Source of the DNA: Klebsormidium nitens
Taxonomy: Eukaryota; Plantae; Klebsormidiophyceae
Direction of reading: 5' to 3'
DNA length: 64,000 nucleotides
Assembly (NCBI GenBank): GCA_000708835.1
Contig: DF236950.1
Coordinates: 101,355-165,354 of the forward strand
The notes below the pieces were generated by a model that worked only from the letters and a program-made list of their open reading frames with translations, did not search any database and was not told where the DNA came from. Each line of letters starts with the position of its first letter. Position 1 is the first letter of the stretch. The translations under genes were made by a program, and so were the position numbers. Of the stretch, positions 46,563 through 57,360 are shown in pieces.

Positions 46563-47135
46563 TATGATACCGTGTGCGCGCAATGATGGATGCATGGATG
46601 GATCGCGTTACATTCAACGTACGTCTATATGGAGCCTAGGCATGGCATGACGGTACTATAACCTTCAACATGTTTGCGGGGGCCCGGCGCATTAGTATAT
46701 ATGCAGGCCGCATGCCAAACGCAGATTGCATTTGGGAGTACACACATGCGGGGCGATGCATGGTAATCAATGTGTATAGGCGGCGATCAAGTACACCACC
46801 TTAGAGCGCTGCCGGTGGTTTGTCTGTGTCATAAGCTTTAAGTTGCATGCCAGGCCCGCATATGGAGGGAACGTATAATCGTTTACAGTAGATTTTACTG
46901 CCACAGCAATTAGAAAATGGTTTACAGTACAGAAGAATTTTCATCCGACTTCTAGAATCGATCTGGCAGCATGCCAGCGAGTGTTCTGCTCGGTGCATCA
47001 CCGCAACTTGCTTCCTCTGACTACAGGTTAAGGCAAAGTCCTGGCCACTGAGAATGGAAGCACAAAAGTAAAGCACGAGAAGTGTAGCAAATGTTCTTGC
47101 AAATCCCTGACAGAAGCGCCCCCAAAGCGTTCTGG

Positions 47136-50100
47136 TCAGATCCAGTCACCTTCTTGCAACTTCATGGGCAAGTAGACTTCCGTTAGGTACTGGAAACCGA
47201 AGGAACTCAGGGCCTCTGGGAACAAACCGGGAAAGAACCGTCAGATTCAGAATTGATACACGCCCGCGCCGCTCAGGGTGAGGAGTCGGAGAGGGGAAGA
47301 CCGCATTCACAGATAATGTTGGGAATGCATTATAATTACCTTCTGGGCAGTCCCGAAATTATATAAGCAGTGCGTTGCGCACTCAATGCAACCGGAAATG
47401 CGAATCATCGGGTGTTTTAGCGAGCGAAATGAGTCAAGCCGTTGAGGAACTTACGTATTTCGGCCTTCTCCTTCTTTTTGACCATCAGCTCCAGTTCCTG
47501 GAAAAGCAGAAGTGCGAGTCAGCGGCGGTAGAGACTGCACCTCTGTTCATGCTTGTCTCTTTGAGACGTTTAATATCTTCAATGCTCAGAAGCTGTGACA
47601 GTCTGATAACAGCACAATTCAGAGGGGTCAGGCTTTCAAACCAAACAGTACCGTATACGGCAAATCGAATAAGACCAGAGCGTCGCAAGCGGCTGATTAC
47701 CTACTCGCACATCATTGACAGCAAGCCGCGAGTTGCAAAATGAGGAGGCCAGATGGTTTTCAGCATACCGAAACCATTCGTTTTGGTTGAAGATATCGGC
47801 CATAGGGCAGCGGTCAGCTTACGGCATGCCACCGGGGGTCTTTCTTGATGAAGTCCTCTTCCAGCATCTCCTTTCCGGTCTTCATATCGGCGTCTGTCAT
47901 AGGCAGCCGGCACTGCTCCGGGATCTTGAACCTGCAGGTGTAATCGACTCTTTGTGACACCTTCCAAAGTCGGTTGTGTTCGGACAGTGCTTCGGCCCTC
48001 ACTAAACAACGTAATGCGATATGGGGTGATACAGTATGTCGTATGCTGCCGCCTTCCTCACTGATCTAACCGTCTGTTCGCAATCCAGCCTAAGACTGAC
48101 AGGATAGCACAGATCCGCTTCTTCTCCTGCCGAGAAAGGTATCTCCTTTTTAATCAGAAGGCCAGAGCTTTTGGGCACGGCTTTGCCAAAGAAACCGCTC
48201 ACCTATCTAAGTCGGACGGCCGCACGCCCAGCCACTTGATGTCTGGGGTCGTCAGGTTGGAGCTGTCGTAGGACATGTTTTTGGAGCCGCTCATGTACCT
48301 GGAAAACAAAGCGGCCGAGAGCGCCGTCAGCGGTGCTTCTTGTTTGGAGGATTCTATTTCCCCGACACATGTCATGAGCATACTCCGTTTGCTGCGTCCG
48401 AAGTGGACTTTGAACGAGGTTCTCACTGACTCCTCTGACAAACTCACAAAGCGCAGGTTCGAAGAACGGGACAGAGAAATCTTGAAGGAGCTCGAGCCCT
48501 GGCCGAAGTAAGATACGCAGCAGATAAGCAGAAAAACACAGCTCTGGAAGCGGGGCAGACCAGTGTGGGTGAAGAGCGGTCTTACACGGAGAGAATCTTG
48601 AGGCCGTAGGGATCGCTATCCACCAGGCCCAGGACGGGGATCTTTAGCTCGCTCTTCATCTTCTTGAGGAACAGCCGCGTCGCGACGTCAGGCTGACCCT
48701 TCGCCTGTCGGGACGAAACATGGTCAACAGGCTGCTTATAAAGTCCGATTGGTGCCTGCGCTGTACTCCCCCACTTTACATCCGATCGAACTTCCAGCTT
48801 CGCCTTGCATTGAGCGGATGAGAAGGTCGTCCGACTTGACAAGCTGCTGCATCCTCGCTACGAGTACGATAACGAGAAGCGCTCCATGTAATCTTGTTCC
48901 GCCAATCTGCGCAACGCTTCGTCAGCCGGCATCGTCAAGCAAGTTCTCCTAGAAGCTGGTTGTCTGTGCAAGTGGAAATTGTGTGAGCACTTACCGTGAT
49001 GATGACGCACGGAAAGCGATTGTAGAAGCGGTCCTCTGCCAGGCGCATGAAGGCGGCGTCCTTCTCGACCAGCAGGATGAATTTGGCGTCGCTCTGAAAC
49101 CCCGTCACCTTGTCGATGTTTGGCGGGATGGCCTGCGCACAAGAATGCCTCACAGGTCTCTTTCTGGTGGAACACAACCCGCAACTTCGACTTTCTCAGC
49201 GGCCCTCGCTCTCTCGTGCTGGGGGGCTCTACAGCTACTCGATGGTTTTGCGCAGTAGTGCGTTCTAGTGCACTAGATAATTTTCTCAAGCATGCGAAGT
49301 TGAAACATCAAGACGAGCTTTGAAGTGATGAAGATGCAGCAACAGCCTCAGTGCCGTATATTTAGCAGTCCACCCGAAACACGTGGTCCGAACAAATTCT
49401 CTCATCGTAACGCCGTTTGTTGCGGCTGAAAGCGGCTTGCTTGCAAGGGATCGCTTACCTTCCCACCAACGCCCATTTTTGTGCAGTCGATGACGTCACC
49501 TGCATGGTGTTCGAGGCCGACGTTTGGTAAAGTTCGTAAAACGGTCCATGTGAGATTACCGATCGTCGAAACACATTCGATCCAATCACAGGCGAATCGT
49601 CTTTTCCAAGTCGGGCGTAATCTCACTCAACATGGTCAGAAAATGGTCTCATTCTTCCAGATCGAGACAAAACGAAATCAGAGGTTTCCAATGGCAGCCG
49701 CATCCAGAAGAGTCCGTTGAAAGTAAAGAATTTCGCGCGCTGGGACATGGACATAAACGTCAGTAAGGGTACGCTGACATGCATAATGCGCCGAGGCAAA
49801 AGCTCAACGCCAAGACAAACCTTCAACGAACAAGCCTGTCCAAAATGTTGAAAGCAAAGACTTTTGGAAGGTCCTTCTCCACTTCGAGCCTCAAACGGTC
49901 CATCGCTCACCGTCTTCGACAAAAATCAAGCGGCCGACAACGACGCCTTTCTCGGAACCAACGACTACAAGCACGGAACGAATGCTGTCAGGTTGAGTGT
50001 CGTACTTCCGATCCGACATCCGAGGTTTAGAGACTGAGCGCGGGGTTCGATAGTCGGATACACTACAGCTGTTGGCGTGAAACCTGCCCTCTCGAACTTG

Positions 50101-52352
50101 ATCCGAAACTCGCTGGTCTGCGATCCCACAAGTTCGAGCGTCGTTACACGATCGATTGCGATGTAACCCCTCACTCATGACTCGGAGATCATCACAAGAG
50201 AATATACTAACATGCTGATGTCGTGCTACCTACTTCCGCATGGTCAAATAACCACCAAGTGGATGCTTTGCGAGCTTGTGTACTGCAAGGTGACGCTGTT
50301 TCACTTCGAGGGGTCTGATCGCAAGAGCGAAGGTCAAAACTCTGTGGTCGCGGACCGGCGAACTTCGACAACTTCATGGGTGGCGAGTTTCACGCAAAAG
50401 CCGTAAAAGCGCAAGGACACGAAGTTCTGACGATACGTGTTGTGCTTCATGCAACCGAAATCGTGATTTGGTTCGATCGAAGTGGACAACTTCTCACTCG
50501 TTGCTGCTTCTCAGCGTCTAAAACCAGATTCAGGGTACAGTTGGCCAAGCGCGCTCCTTATTGAAATACTGAGAGTGCGGTTCAAAGACTTGCCGTTCAG
50601 GCTCGACCTGGTGCAGCCCAGCATGCAGCTGACGTCATCCAGGATAGTGTCGGACTGCCCCTGCTCCTGGAACAGCTTCACGTCCGTGTAGAACAGGTCG
50701 CGCTTTGTCACGTGGATGCCTTTGTTGCACAGCTGGTGTATGAGTTGCAAGATGCGTGTGGTGATAGCCGTCTTTCTGTACACAAGTAGTCGAAGGGGAA
50801 GGGAATTTGAGAAGAAGGACAACTCCAAAGCGCTTCAGTGGTGCTTCTTTGATAGTCTCGCTTAAGGTATCGTGAACCTGATTTCACTACTCTGCCTCGA
50901 CAGAGAAGAACATCGTAGCTGATTCTGCTGATCGAAACTGTTCAAAGTCATTCTGTCACGGATTCTGCATCATGCAGATCTGGATGCAGAGGTTTTCAAG
51001 GGTCTTCTTACCTGACTGTCGACATGTTTCCATACTGACGGAAGGAAGATTTGTCCTTCAATACAACTGCAAGACAAAGTCACCTAGTTTCTCAGGAACC
51101 AATCAGAAGCCTTTTGTGTCTTGAAGTGCCCAGACTTCAACACAAACTTTTCCTGACAACAAGAATAAAGCAGAGCTTTACTTTTCATTCAGCAAGCTGA
51201 TCAAGGAATAGCAGAAGGCATGTCAGGATCTCGAAGGCAGTGCATTGGTTACAAGGACAACTTGACTCACTTCGATCAAGCTGTGGCACATACAGCTGGT
51301 TTGCAGATGTCCTTGTAGGTATAGTGTATCCAAAACCTGGAAAAAAGGCATGTATTGTAAAGACACTCATTACATCCCAGTGGGGAAATCCTGTGAACAG
51401 TGGGCTTTATCTAGTAACCTTCCCTGGAGTATTTAGTCATGCATGATTGCACACGAATCTGCCAAAGTCAGGAAGGATTTTTGTTAGGAAACAATCAATG
51501 TTATGCTATGCGTTACTTTGGAGGCAGACTGGCTACTGATGAAAATCATGTTGACTGTCATGCAAAAGTGATGAAAGTATCACCAAGGTTGTGCAATTCT
51601 TGGGATCATTTGGGCCCGTAAGGACTTGGGATTTGAAGTAACCAAGGAAGAGCTGTGGTGACGTTTTACTTTGAGGATATTGTGGTTGACACGCATGTGG
51701 ACTAAAGGTGCAATACGTTATTTGTCACAATCAAAACGGATTGCTTGGTATATCCACGTATTATTTTTTTGGTGAGAAAGTTCACATGGTTGGCCTGCTC
51801 ACCATGTCCATTCAAGATCGATGCCGCCACCGACAGCATTGTCTTCTCAATCTCTGAGATCACTTGGGGAGCCCCCAGATCAACCACTTCTTTGCTCACA
51901 TTTGGCAGGTTAAGGTCTTGCAAAGTTCTGCAGATTGAGGAGGGGGATCAGGGGTGCACTTTCAGCCACACCAAGGCCCACCACCTCAAATCGTCACAGA
52001 AGCTGAGTACCGCTCTACGACAGCCAATTCTACAGCTATCCTTGTAATACGTATTCATGGACCTAAAGGGCCAGAATGTACATTGAGGCCAAAAGGTTTG
52101 GCCCAACGCCAATTGCGCAAAATAAGCAACAAATTTCTCTTTTGTGAAACACAACTTTCTTCTTAAGAGGAGACCATCATCAAGCCGGCCAAAGGAAAAT
52201 ACTTACACACTTTCCTTCGGCTTCTTCTTCTCCGCTTCCGACAGCTTCGCAACTTTCGCCAGAATTTCATCATCGCTCTTCAGTTTCTTCTTGAATGCAA
52301 GTGCACCACCGTCGTTTGCTCCTGCAGCTCCCCGCTTCCTCCGGCTAGACAT
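47136..52352 (-). CDS. TOP6A: DNA topoisomerase VI subunit A (SPO11-3/BIN5/RHL2 orthologue), 13 exons
   Basis: The spliced product follows plant SPO11-3 closely: [33 protein letters not shown] (catalytic Tyr), [79 protein letters not shown] and [29 protein letters not shown]. Last exon 47220-47136 (approximate start). Confidence 0.96.
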
Positions 52353-52522
52353 GCTGTCAGCAACTGTAAAGCTCCACGTTGTTAGTGGTTGCCAAAGCAA
52401 GGCCAGCAGAGCAAGAAAAGAAGAATGAATCAAACAAAAGAGCGCATCAGAATGGTGGTGGCGTCTCTGACGATGCTCATGCAAGCTAAGAAATCGTGCA
52501 AGCCAAGAATTTCTCTTACTAA

Positions 52523-52599
52523 AAACCCTAAACAGCGAAGCAGAACCCTTTTGCATAGCGCTCTTGACTGCAAAACCCTAACCCTAATACCTAAGCCTA
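52523..52599. promoter_or_regulatory. Telo-box (AAACCCTA) cluster in the TOP6A / enoyl-CoA isomerase bidirectional promoter
   Basis: AAACCCTAA at 52523 and AAACCCTAACCCTAATACCTAAGCCTA at 52573-52599, within a 470-bp gap between divergent start codons. Confidence 0.55.
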
Positions 52600-52823
52600 T
52601 TACACCGCTTGATCTTGAAGAACGTCTGCAAAACCAACACTTTCTCTAGCTTCATTGTCCAGCATTTGGAAGATTATGGAAGGCCTGCGCTAGAACGTTG
52701 TAACTTTGTATCAAGGTAAACTCTCTCACAAACTTTCACTCCACCCCTCTGAGCTGTCTGAGTCTGTGAAGAACGTGAGGAGCAGCCAACTTCACCATTG
52801 GATGTTCAGTGGAGGGGGGCGGC

Positions 52824-55800
52824 ATGGCGCAGTATGAGAATGCTCGTGTAGACGACCTTGGGGGTGGCCTTGCTGCCATTGTCATTTCCAGGCCCCGACG
52901 GAAGAATGCAATGAACGATCAGGTCAGCACTGTCTGCGAATCACCCCCGTGCAACTATGCAGGGCACGTTCTCGAACAATCCGAGAGCAAGCACCTTATG
53001 CCCCTTGAAAAAGTTCCAACAAACGGTTGTTTCATGTCTACATTGCAGGGTAACATTGGGTACAGGGTCATCTATCTAGAATTTATGATGGCATTGCATT
53101 CTGCGAATCCTCAGCATCACTGAAAGAGGTCTTCAAGGCTGGGGCATCCTTTCAACAATAAGCAGCTTAAATCACTTCTTTGGGAGCTTTGTTGAGTAAC
53201 GATGTCATGGGAAAGCTCGGTGGATAGTGATTTGTCTTGAATCTGAGTCAGAGGGGAAGCAAACTGCACAAATACTTTGTCGAGCTGTCAACATGTTCTC
53301 TGCAGGTCTACATGGATCTATGTGCAGCATTCGACCACGTGCAGAGTGATCCCCATATACATGCTGTCATCCTTACAGGCAAGGATGTTTTCAGCACTCT
53401 TATTCACCAAGGCTAGTGCTACTGCGGAAACACACGGGGTGCACAGAGGCCCTTCATATTCAAGCTATCAGCAAAGCGATGGGGGAAGAGTCAAGCTTCT
53501 TCATGCTGCACCTTCTTCTGTGATGTGTAGGGGAGGGTTTCTAGGAAGAATTTGCTCCTTCGAAAAGGACAGATGGAAGAGAACCTAGATTATGCTTGAG
53601 CCTTTCACTCAATATTAACTTTCAACGTGCAAAGGGTATCGTAAAGTTCGTCGTCCCCAGGCTTTCAGGGGCACTTTTGAGAAGGCGTTCTTGGCGGCAT
53701 CGGAACTAAGCCTGGCTTCTGCCACTTTGCAGCTAGTCCAGTCAGCCATAAACCGACCAGATGAGAATGAACTCATTGCGTCTCACCATGTCTGCGAGTT
53801 TGTAAGGGTGCTTCTAGTCCATACTTACGCCAGACATGTTCACTTCAGGGGAAGGTGACTATTTCAGCTCCGGAGCCGACGTATCTGCGGCATCTGAACC
53901 AAAAGTGGATGCAGAAAGTGCTCCAGTTGGACAGTTCATGGTGAGACAGTGGCGGGCTGCGCATGTTTCTGCGTATGCTAAACCTGCAACCTGCCTTCTT
54001 TGGATGTTTACTATGACTAGTGCGGGTGTGTCATGGAGAAATTAGTGACTAATTTCAGTCGTCAACAAGTGAGGCTCAAGTCCAGAAAGGGGCATAGTGG
54101 AGTCCTTTCGGCTTTCCACTCGATCCTTGAGTTGTTGGTTCCGGTTGAGTAGCTGGTTCAGGAAGGGGTCTGGCCTTCTTTTGAACATTGTCAATCCCCC
54201 TTTGTGCAGCTTACTCTTCTGCGCTTTCCCAAGGTCGTGGTAGCTGCAGTAAACGGGCCTGCAGTAGGCATCGGCGTCACACTCCTACCACACTGCGATG
54301 TAAGTCTCTCTGCTTCTCGCGGCCCCTCCCGTGGACATTCGTTCCGAGGACCTTAGTATGGGTCGTAAGGCCACAAATCATACTGTCACTGCCCCCGAGA
54401 TGTCTCATTCAAGCAATCGCTGCGGTTCCTTTTTCAACCCACGGCACAATTTTGCATGAGAAACTGCCTGACGCTGTGTATTGTGCACAGATAGCTTATG
54501 CTTCGGAGCGAGCCACTTTCTGGACGCCATCTCTTCGCGTCGCGTGGGTACCGGAGTTCTGCTCGACCGTCACCTTCCCCCAAATCATGGTACGTCTTGC
54601 TTGGAACTGATAACATCGAATCTGAAAACATCGAAAGAGCTCGTCACAAGACGTCGCGAGAACGCTTGCTGCAACAATGAATGGAGTTTCTCAAGGAAGG
54701 GGTTCATCCCTTGCAAAACTCCTCAGGGCGCTGAAGGACGAGACACTTTCGGGTTGTCGAGACTGTACAGCTGTTAAGGACACCTTTCAGACAAACGAAG
54801 AATGGCACCCTAGAAAGCCTTTTGTATCTCGTGCAGCCGCAAGTCGACAGAGCTCTTGACGAAAAGTAGTGCCAACGTTTGCTTATCTCGTCAATTCTTC
54901 CATCATAGATCTCAATACGGGCAAACTCCAGAGGCTATTCTCACGAAGGATCACGAGACATTCGTGATGGCAGGCTTTTGGCATCCAGAGGCGTGGACAA
55001 GAAACCTGTTGTCTTCGAGCCGATCTCACCAATAGCATGTATCAAGCCTCTACCGAGCATCCTTTCGAATCCAGACCTGCTTCCCGGGGTTCAAAGTGAC
55101 GATCGTCTCAGAAGAGTTCCTTGTGCTTGTCTGCTGCAGGGCCCTTCCTTGGCCAACGAGATGCTGCTGATGAGCAGACAGCTGTCCGCTAAGGAAGCAC
55201 AGCAAGCGCGGCTCATCTCGGAAGTCTTCCCCGCCGAAACCTTCATGGCTGAGGTGCGTCGAGCACTCGCGACGCTCGCTATTTCGTTACTTTTGAAGTG
55301 TTTGGACGGTTCTGCACTGTTACCTAGTTATATTCTTGTATCGATCTCAATCGGCTCATTGATTTTGCTATCATGAACTTTTCCTTTCTTTCTTCCCTCC
55401 GGAAGGTTCGGCCAGAACTTTGAATACTCACTGTCTCCAAAGACTGTCGTTGAGCTGCAACCGGTTTTCATGCTCACAAGGAAGGGCGGTCTCTTGGTAA
55501 GAAGAAACCCCTTTCTTAGAGCATTGCGAAGAAGATTTAAAATTGCAGTTGACTGCGTGAAAGGAGAGCAAATCTGCCGAACGATGCAGGTCCAGAGTCG
55601 TGTCCGGCACATGCTGGCGCAGCCGCTGGCGGGCCAGTCGCTACCACTTTTCAAAAAGATGATCCGGCGGCCAAGGCTGGCAGAACTAGAGCGGGTTTTC
55701 AGGGAGGAAATGGCGGAGGTCAGGCTTTCTCCTTATCTGTCTGGTTGTTTACCATCGCCTTGAGACCATCTGCTTGCCCAGAATACGTGTAGTTTCCCCT

Positions 55801-56302
55801 GGCAACCAATACTCTGTTTCTCGACCATCAGAAACCGACAAAGATTCTAGTAGGTTACTTTTACGCAGAATCTCAGCGATTGCGCACTCGTGCCATTCTG
55901 GCGACATGCTCGAGCTGTATCATCATGATTGCTGGTCGGAAGGTTGCTCATGTTGCATGCCGAACTCCCTTCTGGTAAGCCAGAATTGACAGGTAACTGC
56001 AGACAGCCTAATACGAAGCCTACGTCCAGATTGGGAAACGTTAGAAGGTCGGAAGCAAGGTTGCAGTCGTTGATCGTGGGCGACCCGCTCTGTCCTCAAA
56101 TGTTCACACGCTTTTTGCCGCTCTCGGGCGAATGCAACGGCCTTGAGCAATGACTTGGGCAACGGAACCAATACTTGTGATTGAAAATCGTTTCCGCGTG
56201 TCTGATGTGCAGCTAGGTAAAAGGTCCGCTCAAGGTGACATCACGCAAGCGATTCAAGCGCTTTGGGAAGCGCGAAATAGGCGGCCAAACAGCCGTCTCT
56301 GA
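52824..56302 (+). CDS. Peroxisomal delta3,delta2-enoyl-CoA isomerase (crotonase family, ECI2-like), 8 exons, PTS1
   Basis: Spliced motifs ISRPRRKNAMN, VILTGEGDYFSSGAD, VAAVNGPAVGIGVTLLPHCD, ATFWTP...VPE and GPSLANEMLL. The last exon (56213-56302) ends PNSRL*, a canonical PTS1. Confidence 0.88.
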
Positions 56303-56887
56303 CCAATATTGTGTAAGTACGGAAGAAGGGCGGACCTGTTAAAAGGAATACTTTGTCTGCGCGTGTATGGTAGAAAGTGTCGTCGTATCATTTTTAGAAA
56401 GGAGCTAAGGATGTCAATTCTGTTCAAAAGCGAAATTGATTTGCTGATGCTTGGCTTCTGGTCCATCGCTAGAGTCTCTTATTCAGCTGAGAGCGCGGCA
56501 TCTTGGCCATAGCTGCAAAGAATTACATTCAGCCGGCAATGTCAAGCACAACTTGTATCCACTTCTGCAGCCTATTCTTACCATGTGGTGCGAAACAGCC
56601 GGGCCAAACCGCTGGTTCGGGGCGCGTTAGGTCGGTGGCAAGTATGCTTATCAATGTTCATAGGTGATGCAGACATGCGCACCGGCACTGTTAAGCCGGG
56701 CCCGCGGCCGCCGAGATTACCAATCACAGCAAATTAGCTCCACATGTACGCTGCAGCACATGCACTGACGCAAATCAAGTCACGTGCACCGAGTGCGGCA
56801 TTATATCGTCCGTACTTCAGTCCCGTCTGATCCCCAGACCTGGTGTACGAGATCGACGCGTTAACAGCTGCTTAATTAGAATTAGTC

Positions 56888-56953
56888 TATACACCAAGAC
56901 TCTACGTTAGCCAATTTATACACCAAGACTCTACGTTAACGGACGTACACCAA
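56888..56953. repeat. Short intergenic tandem repeat (period about 29 bp)
   Basis: tatacaccaagactctacgtta at 56888 and 56917, with a partial tacaccaa at 56946. Confidence 0.8.
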
Positions 56954-57360
56954 ACCGTGCGCTATATGATGGCGACCGTTCGAAGAAGCGTGATGCATGC
57001 CCAGTCGTCATGCATGATGTACTATAACAGACTTTGTAGACACCGTCTCATGGTAGAGTGCCGCCAAGCGCCGGAGCGGCACTGCAGCACGCCTGTCAGT
57101 GTGATCTGGCGGTCATTAATGTTGGGGATTGGACCTAGCTTTTGAAAGATCCATTTAAAGGAATGGGTTGTCGATATCGAATACACGGCCACAAAGTTGC
57201 TGCTCCATTCCTCCTCTCATGTGGTGATACTACACAAAGATCGGAATTGGAAAACCAGCTTTAGTGCTAATGCGCATCTAAGAGACTCGACATCAACTGC
57301 ATGATGCTGTTTCCATACCCAATGTTTTCGACCCTCACAGCATTCGTGTGGGGTCACTGC

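Noticed and set aside
47136-52352. Topoisomerase VI A as archaeal or horizontally acquired, or as meiotic SPO11-1/2
   Set aside because: It has 12 spliceosomal introns and follows plant SPO11-3/TOP6A closely; it is an ordinary vertically inherited gene.
56888-56953. CRISPR-like repeat with period about 29 bp
   Set aside because: Only two full 22-bp copies with about 7-bp spacers, no cas genes and a eukaryotic context; it is a simple tandem duplication.
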